Source: Lophium mytilinum
Taxonomy: Eukaryota
Direction of reading: 5' to 3'
Length of the DNA stretch: 64,000 bases
NCBI GenBank assembly: GCA_010093605.1
Contig: MU004185.1
Coordinates: forward strand, 951,334 to 1,015,333
Below are positions 1 through 11,485 of the stretch, in pieces (position 1 is the stretch's first letter; every line of letters starts with the position of its first letter). The notes beneath the pieces are model-generated. The model worked only from the letters and a program-made list of their open reading frames with translations. It was not told where the DNA came from and searched no databases. Position numbers and translations under genes: made by a program.

Positions 1-1038
1 GGAGGCTGTTCGTTTGCGGACATGGGGCATTTGGGTACACAGGAGTTTCTCACTCGTGTTTAGTTCTGGTCAAAGAGTAAGTGAGTTGTGGACAGATTTT
101 GTTTCTTGTTTTGTTTCACTGCACAGCGTGGGCGGTTGTCCGGCGGTTGGCTGGCTTCTGGTTGGTTCTGCGGTGGCAGCCTGATCGGCCTCCTTTCGAC
201 TGCTTCGACTTTCTGGACCTTGACAACGACGGCGGAAGGGCAAGCTTGACACCTTTCGAGTCGGAAACGTGGCAAGAGGGATTCGAACCGCGCTAGCACG
301 GGGCTCACCACTGCCCTATCCCTCCCCGGCCTCGAAGTATGCTTACGGAAAGAGTCGATTGGACTTTGTTGTTGGTGGCTTGGTTGGTTACTACTTGTAT
401 GGGGGCGAAGACTTAATGCATTGTCCACCCCGTTGTTTTGCGGCATGTTCCTGTTGTCTGCAAAGGAAGCGGCGGATGTAGGATTGATAGGCGTTGTTTC
501 ATGTATGGAATCTTGCTTCTTGAGACCGGAGTGGAAGGGACTTCAGATCAGATGATCCATTTTTGGGGGCTTCGTGTGATTTGTTCAGAGGTGTGAGATG
601 CTGTGGTTAGGATACGGGCGTGACATATGTGCGACGTCTTTGTACGAATGTGCTGGTCGGGAACGACAGCATGCCCCCCTCCCCCATTCCTCTACCCCCT
701 TCAGCGCGATGCACCCTCAAGAGAAGACCTCCAAGAAGTCCGACTATATCTTAACCTGTGCCCTTTCGTAGCGGCAACGAAGTAAAGCACAGCTGTTAGG
801 CACGCAAGAACTGCAGTCCACTTGGAATGCGGTATGTACAATAAATCGCCGTACTCCTAAACAAAACTTCCAAAAGCTGATTCGGATTTAGCCCCCACAC
901 CACAACGGGCATGGCGTGATTTGTGGGCGGTTAGAAGGTCTTCCCTGCGTCCTTAAACTCAGCCCTCTCCTCCCTTCGGCATTATTTCAATTCTCATCTA
1001 GCATCTACAAAACACAGTTTGCGCAATTTTCCCTGACA

Positions 1039-3081
1039 ATGGCTGAATTTGAGTATTCTTCCCTCGATCCCATGAAGAAGGAGATACGCATCTTACGACC
1101 CTTGCTTCAGGCACGCTCCGACGAGGATGAAGCGGCAGCTAGGATGCAGACCAACGACATGATTACCGACATTATCGTTGATCCTGATCTCTCCCTCCAA
1201 TTTGAGCTTTGCGTTGTCTCGTTAGATGAATCACCGCAGTACACCGCTCTGTCATACGTCTGGGGAGACCCTAGCGACCCACGACCCATCTTGGTGAATG
1301 GATCCACCTTTATGGCCACGCAAAATCTATACGCCGCCCTTGAGCACATGCAATACGCTGACATCGCCCCTGCTTTATGGGTTGATGCCGTGTGCATAAA
1401 TCAACGAGATGACGACGAGAAAAATACACAGGTCCCATATATGGGCTCCATTTACTCGAGCGCCCGTCATGTGTTCGTTTGGCTGGGTCCGCAGACTGAA
1501 GACAGCGATCTCATCGCGCGAATGATCCGTGAAATTACGGACGGACTACACCGCGCTTATAGCATTCCTACCTCGCAGAAAGATAGGCTTGTTGAAAGGT
1601 TCCTACCATTTCTTCAGGAGGCGGTCGTCCCCACCATAGCGTACATCTCCAAGTCAATGGCTCCGATCGATTTCTTCAAAGCTTTTGTAAACTGCATAAC
1701 TGATAGAAGCTGGTGGTGGCGTGTTTGGACTGTACAAGAGTTCTACCTCCCCCAACGCGTGCAGTTTCAGATTGGACTCCGAAGAATTCCTCTTGAAGAG
1801 TTTGATCTTGTCTTCCAAGTCCTCACCAGCGCGTATAAGTCCACTTTCGGAAGAACAGACGAACAGTACCTTGCCGAGACACGGTGGATCAATGGGTTTG
1901 ACAGGATTACGCAGATGCTGAACCTTCGTAGAGGCCGCCAAATCGACATATTTGGGAACAACGGACTCTACGAAGTGCTGTGCCGGACATATTGTCCATT
2001 TCGTTTTCAGGAAAGCGATACCTACCTACTGAAAGCGACATGCCGGATAGATCAGATCTATGGTCTCGTAGCGTTATATGATGACTTTGACGTTCTCGGT
2101 CTGACCATCGACTACCGAAAAACCTGGCAGGAGGTGTACAGTGATGTAGCTCAAAGCCTCATATTGACGGATAATATGGACGTTTTGGCGTTTTGTCAAC
2201 GCGAAAACGCTTCCCAATCTTCGACATTACCGTCCTGGGTACCGATTTGGCACGAGCAATTCGATACGCCCCATGCCTGGTGGAAAGCTCCTCGCAAACC
2301 AGACCTATCTGCATTAGGAAACTCTCTATTCTCCGCGGCGTCCAACTTCACAGTTGAAGTCTCGTTCGAAACCACTGTCAACACATCGGGGCAATCGACT
2401 CGATCCATGCAAATAGAAGGTGTCTTCGTTGATGAGGTTTCTGAGATCAAATCACAATATTTCCGAGCAGCTTCCATACACTACACAGAAAAGAAAGAGT
2501 TCGTCTACGTCCTCTACGGTATGCTACTCGGCGAGATCCAAGCCCTCTGCGACCTCTCTAGGTCTCTCAAAAACGCCAAATATACTCCAACAAGCCTCCA
2601 AGACGCGGCCTGGAGGATACCGGTGTGGGACCACGAAATACAAGAGGATGCTAGCTGGACTAGAGCGGGCGAAGCAACTCGCCTCCGCTACCAACAATGC
2701 ATGCCTGTCTACGAAACAGTGCAAAAGCACATGGACCAGGTCAAACTGTCCGCTGACTCGTCGAAGGTACTGCAATTCCCGTTGTTGCAGCTGGGAGCAC
2801 AAATTAATGAGATTCTGCGGCAATATATGAGTCCTATTATTCTGGGAAGACCGTCGAAACCGTTCATGACAAGGAACGGATATCTGGGGATGGGCCCAGC
2901 GTCGATGGAGCCGACGGATAGCGTCTGCCTTCTCTTTGGAGCCCGGGTACCGTGTGTTCTCCGCAAAAGACCGGGAGAGGAAGGCGGATATGTTTTTGTT
3001 GGTGAGGCTTTTGTGTATGGGATTATGGATGGTGAGTTCTTGAGAGAAGATCAATTGTCGACTACCTTTGAGATATTCTAG
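1039..3081 (+). CDS. Heterokaryon incompatibility (HET domain) protein, HET-6-like, intronless
   Basis: First ATG at 1039 (MAEFEYSSLD...EIRILR). HET-domain blocks YTALSYVWG, LWVDAVCINQ.D..EK..QV..MG.IY..A..V.VWLG and WWWRVWTVQE; LPSWVP; HET-6-type C-terminus GYLGMGP...D.VCLLFGARVPCVLR...YVFVGEAFVYGIMDGE. Confidence 0.92.
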   Translation: MAEFEYSSLDPMKKEIRILRPLLQARSDEDEAAARMQTNDMITDIIVDPDLSLQFELCVVSLDESPQYTALSYVWGDPSDPRPILVNGSTFMATQNLYAALEHMQYADIAPALWVDAVCINQRDDDEKNTQVPYMGSIYSSARHVFVWLGPQTEDSDLIARMIREITDGLHRAYSIPTSQKDRLVERFLPFLQEAVVPTIAYISKSMAPIDFFKAFVNCITDRSWWWRVWTVQEFYLPQRVQFQIGLRRIPLEEFDLVFQVLTSAYKSTFGRTDEQYLAETRWINGFDRITQMLNLRRGRQIDIFGNNGLYEVLCRTYCPFRFQESDTYLLKATCRIDQIYGLVALYDDFDVLGLTIDYRKTWQEVYSDVAQSLILTDNMDVLAFCQRENASQSSTLPSWVPIWHEQFDTPHAWWKAPRKPDLSALGNSLFSAASNFTVEVSFETTVNTSGQSTRSMQIEGVFVDEVSEIKSQYFRAASIHYTEKKEFVYVLYGMLLGEIQALCDLSRSLKNAKYTPTSLQDAAWRIPVWDHEIQEDASWTRAGEATRLRYQQCMPVYETVQKHMDQVKLSADSSKVLQFPLLQLGAQINEILRQYMSPIILGRPSKPFMTRNGYLGMGPASMEPTDSVCLLFGARVPCVLRKRPGEEGGYVFVGEAFVYGIMDGEFLREDQLSTTFEIF

Positions 3082-3672
3082 TATCCGCCCGGCCTGTATT
3101 ATGTCCGAGGGATTTTGAGATTAAGATATTTGCAGAGAACTCAGAAGCACGGCTTTTCTACTGTACATGAGTTGGCGTCTAAGCTTGGATGGAAGTACTT
3201 CGTTCTGTGGCACGTGGCGTAGAAGGGGGCGTCAGTTGTGGGAATAGTGTAAATCATTAGTACCAGCCCTTTCCTATTCTCTTGGTTTTTATCTTATCAC
3301 CTGGGGAAGTCTAACACTTTTCATGATGTTGAGCAGAGATGTACGACGCGTCACAGCAGATCAAGAGGGATAGTTGGGCATAAAGATAGCCCCTGGAAGT
3401 ATTGGAAATCAGTTCTTTTTTGTATTGAGTAAGTCAGGAGCCAAAGTTCCAACCATCTATGATCGGTTTTCTTCTTCGAAGTCTGCAGCTCGCAAGTAGC
3501 TAGCAGCTTCCATGGACCTACTTGCTGATACACATAGCCAATGGAATTTCTAAACGCCATCATGTGAGTGAGTCAGGAGCATACAAGCACATCGAGGCTA
3601 AGCTTTCCCTGATCATGCACCCACTCACCCCCAATCAAAAAAGTCCTCGATTCTTCACCCCAATCCCCCATT

Positions 3673-4356
3673 CTACGCCGTAGATGTCGCCCACAGCGGC
3701 GCCGTCATAGGCTCAACCGGCGTCAGCGACAACAACAACGTCGGACTCGGCGTCTCCGTCACCACTATCAGCGATGTCAGCGTCTGCAGCGGCACCGGCG
3801 CCGTCACCGTCTGAAGCACAACGCTCGTCACCCAGCTACCGGTGTACTGCGTAATCAGCGTCGTCGGGGCGGGTCCCGAACCGAGATTCTTGCTGCTCGC
3901 GAGACCAGAACCAGAACCGGGGTCGATGGAGGGTGGCGGATCGTGGACTAGAGTCGTAGAGATGGCTATGACTGTTTCGGTGACCGTGATGTTTGGAGTG
4001 AGGGGCATGGTAGTGGTTGGCGTGGGTGCTGGCGTAGGTGAGTTGGAGAGGCGGAGAACGCCAACCATTACGCCGGTGACGAAGATGAGGAGGATCGAAA
4101 GGAAAGCTGTGAGTGCGAGGAGGAATTTGCGGCGCTTAACCTCGACTCCCGGGATGACTAGGATGTACGGCCGAGAGGGAAGCTGGGGAGATAGGATTGG
4201 ACGGGGGCCGGGATACGGCGGCGGTTCGTCCTTCGTGTCATCGGGGGGTGTAATGACCTTGAAAGCTGGACGGTGGGGATATGGTCTCGGCTGGTATGTT
4301 GGGTCTGGGTAGGTCTGATACTGAGATGGGCTGGAAGTTGGGCTCTGGTAGCTCAT
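3673..4356 (-). CDS. Hypothetical single-pass membrane protein, Pro-rich N-terminus and Thr/Pro-rich C-terminal region
   Basis: 227-aa ATG ORF; PPPY motif, basic KRRK then hydrophobic FLLALTAFLSILLIFVTGVMVGVL, then mucin-like T/P/V-rich tail. No family recognised. Confidence 0.6.
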   Translation of the reverse strand: MSYQSPTSSPSQYQTYPDPTYQPRPYPHRPAFKVITPPDDTKDEPPPYPGPRPILSPQLPSRPYILVIPGVEVKRRKFLLALTAFLSILLIFVTGVMVGVLRLSNSPTPAPTPTTTMPLTPNITVTETVIAISTTLVHDPPPSIDPGSGSGLASSKNLGSGPAPTTLITQYTGSWVTSVVLQTVTAPVPLQTLTSLIVVTETPSPTLLLSLTPVEPMTAPLWATSTA

Positions 4357-6378
4357 AGTGGCGGTTCTGGCTGGACTATGAAGAAAGCTGATAGTTGATT
4401 TGACGGTAGTCAGCGCTTGGTTGTGGGTGTGGTTATGTCCGAACCTTCTTGCTCAAACCATTAATCATGTTAAGGATGTCTAGGTTTGTTTGATATAGAG
4501 ATGGAAATAAAGGATTCTCGGTACATAATATTTGCAATGTGAAATGATGTAGATTTATGTTGTTCGCAATGGAAAGTATTGTGAAGCAAATAGGTTATGG
4601 TTTGGAGATAAAAAACGAAAAATACAAAGAAATGACTTTGCGCGTCCGATTTGCTTATTCTTATAACATCCATCTTCGCTTTTCCGTGGTCACAACTCCA
4701 AGTTTAGGTAATAATTAGTTGCATCATGGAGTAGGAGTGGCCCACATCTTCATTCTACCTTTGTAGCTCGATGTCTGTGCCCCCCAGTTTGCTGCGATCT
4801 CAGAATTAGCACAAAGACGGACATCACATCTCCTTTCTTCCAGCACGCGTTCCAGTCAGCAAGAGTATTTGGAACGATCCGACATTTGTAGTTGTCCTGA
4901 GTCTAAATACCAATAAGTACACGCACCCAGATGAGATATGTCCGCCGTAACCGAATATGCCAAACCCTGCTGACTCGATGACCAAGATTGACTACCAGAG
5001 CCGCCAACGGGGGCATCAAATGGCCTCCAGGAAAGCGCGTCCTTGTATTTCGAGTATAGCCAAGTGTTTTGAGGAAGCAAGGGATAGTGCTTAGCGGCAT
5101 GATGCCTCCGGGACCTCGTGTGGGGTGGCACAATGGGCTAGAGGAGGGACTAGGGCCGCTTGTCGGTGGATCCAAGCTTTGGCGTGCACAAACGAAGGCT
5201 ATAATAGAACCAAACAATGTCCAACATCAATCGGGGTTGTCGAGGCCGATAGCGGAAGCGGTGCCGTTGCTAAAGGAGCGCGTCTTGTCGTGGAAGTCGC
5301 GTTGGTCGGACCAGGCTATCGGCTGGGGTGGGTGAAGGAGCATGGTCGAGAGACAGAGTTCAGTCTGGGTTTCGTGGCTGTGAGTCTGCTTCCCCAGCTT
5401 GTAGTCCTCGCTGATGCATTCCCGGCCCCGTTCTGCAGGTGTTGTGCACCATGCGGTGGCTCATTGGTCTGCCCTCGTTTTCGGGTGGTGCTCTTCGACT
5501 TCTTCTTCGCTAATGAATCGTCCTATATCAGTATCTTGTATGGAATGATTTTCCGAGAGTGGGCCATACGAGAAGGCTGAGGGGGAAGTGGCACAAAATA
5601 ATCCCGCTCCTGATCTGAGGCCATAGCCAACAGAATGGTCAGAGAAGTGAGCGGGCCAAGTAAGTGCGAATGTGAGGAAGAGAGGCTTGAGTTACGGTAA
5701 TGTGAGGACGCGTGTCTGAAGGGGGAAACCTCCTCTACAGAGTAGAAGAGACCGAGAGCGGTAGGTATGTGGGAGTCGCACAAGGGGCCAAGGACATGCT
5801 TGAGGAGGGTCAGGATGGTCAATGTGCGGAAGGGGTAACGGGATCCTCGCCACGGCCGGGCGTAAAGCAACAAGGCTCGATCGACTAGCCCCTGAGCATA
5901 ACTTGATCATACTTTGACTCGCAGGCTTCAATCTTATCTTAATGTCAGCGGGATGCGCTTCGAGTCCCGCGAGCGCGGTACCTATCGTAACGCGTTGAGT
6001 CGGAGTACACGAAGCCAAATCTGTGCAAATGCCAGTTCATATGAGATCTCACAAGGGAGACTTGTTCTTGATTGCTGGATGCTTGCACTCGTGGTGTCAA
6101 TTTCGTATCACGAAAGTAGGAAACGCCGGTTTTGTGCCGCTATTCTAAGAACACTGGCGGTGTGTGAGTTTCAGCCGCATCGCTAACGATTTTCGGTGCT
6201 ATCGTATAATTAGCATTGTGAAATGCATAAAGTGAGGTTGAGTTAAGTCACGTGGTGGTGTTATTGAGGATTTGGTCGGCCCGGGGAACGGAGCGGTGAG
6301 CAGACCTGGAACTTGGGGAAGGCTGTTACTTACTTCCTCTCAACTTTATCTCTCTCAAATACTCTCTGAGCGTTGGCC

Positions 6379-7480
6379 TCACTGAGATGAGATGTTGCCG
6401 CTGACGAAAACTACCAACACAGCTGCATACCTGCTTCCTATCAGCAAAGGTCATTGGGATTTATTGGCTCCCTCCATTGGACTCACGCCGACATGAAGAT
6501 AATCATCTCGTTCCGACTAGATCCTGCAAGGAAAATCGCCGATAGGGCGAATACCAACAAGAATACAGGAATGATGGCCAGCCGGATTGTCATTGGTTTG
6601 ACGGCGTACAACGCCGCTATAGATGCGGAGTAGAAGAGTGGCACAATGATACACGTGATCACGTGAGTAGTTCGACGAATACCTCTAGTCATAAAGCCTC
6701 GCTCTCTAGTTGACTTGTCGTTAAAGAAACGACTTGTCTTCTTAGAAAGTGCCTTGGAAAGCCATATGATCACTCTGGTGAAGGGGTCCATAGATGGTAG
6801 AGGTGTATGCACGCAAAGGTCGCGATTCATGGGCCCTGGGAAGGAGCCGTATACGGTAGGAAGAGTTCCATTGGGAGTACAGCGTTTGTATGCTTCGTGG
6901 AAATCTCCGAAATGGTATTCGGTGGGGTCTGGTAGAGCTGCGACGTTTCTACACACGCCAAGCATCGTGCCTGTGTGGCTTTAGCATAGCTCAAGCACCA
7001 CGCACTCGGACTTTCGCACGGCCGAAACATACCATAGGTAAGTATTAATTCCCTGAGCTCAATTTTGAGCCTTTTCATGTCATCGCTGGTGCCTTTATCT
7101 TTTTCGTCCGGGCTGGCGTAGCTGCCAGTAGCAACCATGCGATCATGGCGGTCCGTGATTTCTCTTTTCTTCTCCTCAATGTCGTTCAAAAGTTCGTATA
7201 ATATGCTAGCCCAGAGCTCCCCAAGTCGAGGGAAAATTCCGCTTTGTGGGCAGTTCGCGATGTGTTGGTGAACGGTCGGATGAGTGGGATGAGTGGGATG
7301 CGACGGCAAGGGACGCCGTTGTTCGCCTCTCAAAGCTTCTTCGTAAGCCATCAGGGTAGCGCGGCAGTCGAGGTAAACGCCGTTAATGTCTTGAATATAC
7401 TGGACGCAATTGAGGTTGCGATACTGATCTTGCGAAAAAATGAAAGTAAGATTAAATGCGCTCTCTTTATATTTCTTCAC
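6379..7480 (-). CDS. DUF6594-like fungal membrane protein (multi-exon; 5' end uncertain)
   Basis: IANCPQSGIFPRLGELWASILY resembles the N-terminal block of this family; spliced to LRELILTY-GTML...LPDP; C-terminal hydrophobic helices ending SRNEMIIFMSA, then an intron, then YAAVLVVFVSGNISSQ* (stop 6379-6381). Confidence 0.7.
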
Positions 7481-9586
7481 CTACCACATCTCTGCCTCAA
7501 AGTCAAGAGCCCCAGCTCGCCAACCTTACAACTCTCAAGACGCATTAGATCACAAGGCGAACTTTGGAGGCAAGTTCAAGCCAGCTTCCCCAGAGAGTGG
7601 CTGCGATAACGTTTCTAGGCAGACTTACCTCCTTCGTCTTCTCATCGTTGACGGTTGGGCAGCTTCACTACACGCCAACAAGGACGCGTTGTGAAGTCAG
7701 CCACGGCAAATGGTCAACCCACCAATAACTCTTCTCCCTATCTGACCGGTAAGAACCTCACATTTATTGACGACATCAGTCGTGCGACCCAGAGCCCACC
7801 AGCAGTTCAAAACGGTTCCGCGGATCGAATCGCACTACACCACGCCCAAGGTTGATAACAACTACTGTAGGCCCGCGGCACAGCGAGAGGGTATAGTGAG
7901 CTCTGAAGCACATTCAGAGACAGCAGACCAACCGGGTGTTGTGCTAGCGTTGTCAGAAGGAAGCGCTGTGCACCAGTCCTCGCCCCCCTACAACGGAGGG
8001 CACTCCATGAAGCATCCAAAGCGGTACGGGCCGTCCGCCTTACGAGTGAGCGCATGCCTGAGTGCATAAGCGTTAACTGCGGAGACGCGTTGCGCGAGCA
8101 AAAAGGTCGGGGAAAGCGAACTGACGGGGGGTTGCATCTCGCGCAGCTAACTTCAACACCAAGACCACAATCATGCGTCGTGGAGATTGGTCCACGTAAA
8201 CCCACCAAGATCTGTAGAGAAGGCAATGGAAGGCTGCATGAGCGCTTGTCGTTCAATGGAGGATATCTAGGAGGCAGTGTCCGTGAGGCGTCCACTTCTA
8301 TTTGGCTTGTTCTGGGTAGAGTGATCCTAGTAAACCACTTAAAGATGCGGTTCAGATCTTGCCACCACCAACATATGTCGGTTCAAGGATTGTGCGTCGT
8401 CGAGGTGAGTCAATGTCGCCGGCGGTTGATGGGGAGGGAGGGTCGGACGGGTGTGACGGAACGGGAAAGCCTCTACGTGGAGCTTCGAGGCGCGGCTGAG
8501 CGTCAAGCAAATCAGGAGAGAATCTGCACAAAATCAAATCTTATTGGCACCACCTACATTCTGTGGAATTGGATGCGATGACCTCGATGAGGTTCGGTCG
8601 GATACATCTCACTATCTCTCCAGAGAGGACTCTGAGGGACAGGCTTGCGACATTCCCCAAGACAATCCGCGATTCCAAGCTCATCACCTTTCAGAGAAAA
8701 CCAGGTGCTGCCGAAGTATCTCTTACGCATGTCTCGCGGATAGCGGGCCTACGTTGCTTATTTGGCTTGAGTAGAAATGGTAGTAAGACTCTCACTCAAT
8801 ACCACGCACTCAGAACTCCTTACACGATATTAACATCACTCAAACGAAACTGAATCTTCTCAGATTCGTCTAGACTAATCCCTATACAGCCTTGATGGCT
8901 ATAGCAGAAGTCGAGGAAGCCTTTGACCCCTTCTGGCGGTCGCCATACATCTATTCGTCGCCCTTTGGTCCTCAAGCTTCGAAACTCCGTCCCATCATAC
9001 TATACGGCACCCCTCGCCTTTTGGATTGCATCAAACGATATCAGAAAGCCCGAACAATGTATTACTACGACATGGCGGGAACTGACACGACCGATACGTA
9101 TGAGATGAAGACCTAGCTGCCCCTTTCAGAGCTATCAGAGTACCGCACCACGTCTCGAACACCTGGAACTTCAACGCAAAACACTAGCACGTATAGATAC
9201 CGATATGTAACTGGTGCAAGAGCTACGTTCGGCAGTTAACATCTTCTAAGATCACCCAAAGTTCCAGATCACTCCTGAGAAACGTCGAACGCTCTTCCAC
9301 GCGCATCCAGACCCTCCAAACTACACCTCGACGCAGCGACATTACGCTGCCATACCTCGAGCTCTTATATACACTACAATCAGAATGGTTTGTGAGGATG
9401 CGCCAACAAAGGGAGATTAGCAAGTGATTTGGGGGTTGGAACTTCGCTGTACTAGTTCTAGTCGCAGGCTGGATATCCACTTCAACTATGCATAGGAGGC
9501 ATTCGCCAATGGTAACTCGTTGGTTTTCTATGCTACAATCTTGAGGAAATATGACATCCTCATAGACTCCTATATGCCTGTCGTAC

Positions 9587-10658
9587 CTACAAGAACTTGC
9601 TGGCCATGCTCATAAGTCCGCCACCGCTTGACGCACCTCCACCACCCATCTCGGACTTCATGTACATTTTGAATGCCATCTACACCCGTTAGCTCAACCC
9701 AACTACCACTTTCCCAAATACGAAACTTACCTGCGCAGCCGAAGAAACAGCATCCTGCTTCGTCGCATCCGGATGCTACCACAAGATCAGCCTCATACCC
9801 TCAAATCCCCCAACTACCCCAAGAATCACTCACCGTATTCCCCTGCGCACTCTGCTGGTCAAACAGCTTACTCGCCTGGGCCATCGCCATGCCAATGAAC
9901 TGATTCTGGCCCCCTCCCCCTTGCTGCTGCTGCTGTCCACCTCCTCCACTTCCCCCAGTGAACATCTTCAACGCCTGCATCGCCGCCGCAGCGCCCATTC
10001 CTCCCGAACTCGCCTGCCCTCCTCCTCCTCCTCCACCTCCCCCATACATCTGCTGATGCTGTCGTACGGCCTCTCCCTCATCGACATCCTCGTTCTGCAA
10101 ATGCTGCTTCTTCCCACTCAGCTGCCCGAGCACAGAGCTGAAGAGCGAGGAATCCCCGCTGTCGCCCGCATGGTGCGAGGCCTGCTCCGCAGCGCCAGAG
10201 AAATCGTCGCTGCCGCCTCCGTAGCCCCCGCCGCCGCCGTAGGGGGTGCCGGAGCTGTTGCCTTGATGCCCTTGGTTCCCGTATCCTCCTCCTCCACCTC
10301 CACCTTGGCGGCCTTCGTTCCCATAGCCACCTTGTTCTTGACGGCCTTCGTTGCCATACCCTCCGCCGCCGCCGCCTTGGCGTCCTTCGTTCCCGTAGCC
10401 GCCTTGTTCTTGACGGCCTTCGTTGCCGTATCCTCCCCCTCCGCCGCCCTGGCGCCCTTCGTTGCCGTATCCTCCGCCTTCGTTGCCGTATCCTCCGATT
10501 CCACCTTGGCGCCCTTCGTTCCCGTAGCCGCCTTGTTCTTGTCGGCCTTCGTTGCCGTATCCGCCTCCACCACCGCCTTGCTGGCGGCCGCCGTAGCTGT
10601 CGTCGTCATCACGGCGGCGGCGTTGGTCGTTGCCGTAGCCGTCGTTGTTGTAAGACAT
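9587..10658 (-). CDS. Gly-rich protein with N-terminal GYGNEGRQ repeats and conserved C-terminal 'beta-flanking protein'-like region (3 exons)
   Basis: ORF 10658-9801 plus two GT-AG introns giving ...KQDAVSSAAQ / MAFKMYMKSEMGGGGASSGGGLMSMASKFL*. Conserved-looking blocks HHAGDSGDSSLFSS, MGAAAAMQALKMF, FIGMAMAQASKLFD. Confidence 0.8.
10263..10577 (-). repeat. Coding tandem repeat (YGNEGRQ x7 plus variants; 24-aa higher-order unit)
   Basis: Visible in the translation and as recurring ccttcgttgccgta / ccttcgttcccgta on the + strand. Confidence 0.95.
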
Positions 10659-11485
10659 TCTTGGTGGATTCTGAGGATGAGGTTTGTTAGTGGATGGATT
10701 GAGGCGTTGAGAAGACGTAGGAAGGCAGAGATGAGAATGAGGTGCGGAGATGAGAGTATGTATGTATGAAGCTAACGGATGACGGAGTGAGTGATATAAG
10801 GACTCTATGAGGTAATAGATGCGTCTTGGATGGATCTTGTCTTCGGTGAGGTGGACAGGCAGGTAAAGAGATGGTGAAGAGACGTAGAGAGATGATGGAG
10901 TATCTGTGGCTTACTTACTTCGAGAGATTTGCTAAGAGGACTGTGTATGCAGAGGTTCAACAGATATCCGAAGCTGAAGATGCAAGAAGTGTGGTTCAAG
11001 AAGCTGCGTAGCCCTGATTCCGCTGTACCTGAACTGATCTGCCCCTCCTTTCACCCCTCCTTGATGACGTGTTGCAGCTAGCACCCGTCGTGGCTAGATC
11101 CGGCCTGCGGATCGATCGAGCGGCTTCTGAATTTGCTTTTTCATACGAGCCATTCGCACAGGAGTTTGTTAGCACGCGTTAGTCAAATCATATGCGTTGC
11201 ACGGTACGAGATGTGACCGACGGGCTTGTGATCGTATGGCTTTGACGTCGGTTGATGGGAATCCGATCAACCTCACCATCAGAAAAGCCGGCATGAACAA
11301 AAGGAAAGCTCCGCTTCGATTGGATATACAAAGAATATATACAGCCCCGTCAGGCTAAGCATCTGGCCCCACCAGACACAATATTTGGTGTATCGTATCA
11401 CAATGGTACCAGCGGCAAGCCTTTCTGACTTGCCTAATCGCCCAGCATGCATGCATCGCCATCATCCCACTCCATATCTACGCCC

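Noticed and set aside
268..320. tRNA-like GGTTCGAATCC...CCA on the minus strand
   Set aside because: The T-stem does not pair beyond two bases and no acceptor, D or anticodon arms can be built.
60..481. Short ORFs at the window start
   Set aside because: No recognisable domain; may be the 5' leader of a minus-strand gene outside the window.
3426..3580. 16-bp near-identical pair tgagtRagtcaggagc (3426 and 3565) with an AP-1/Gcn4-like core
   Set aside because: Only two short copies between convergent genes; insufficient support.
4856..5873. Possible minus-strand gene starting MASDQERDYF
   Set aside because: Tested splice combinations hit stops quickly and no family is recognisable.
8544..9580. 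Possible pseudogene (protein-like fragments interrupted by stops)
   Set aside because: No motif identifiable by eye; needs tBLASTn.
9921..10769. 282-aa plus-strand ORF and 164-aa alternate-frame ORF
   Set aside because: Shadows of the Gly-rich repeat gene; low-complexity GC-rich sequence lacks stops.
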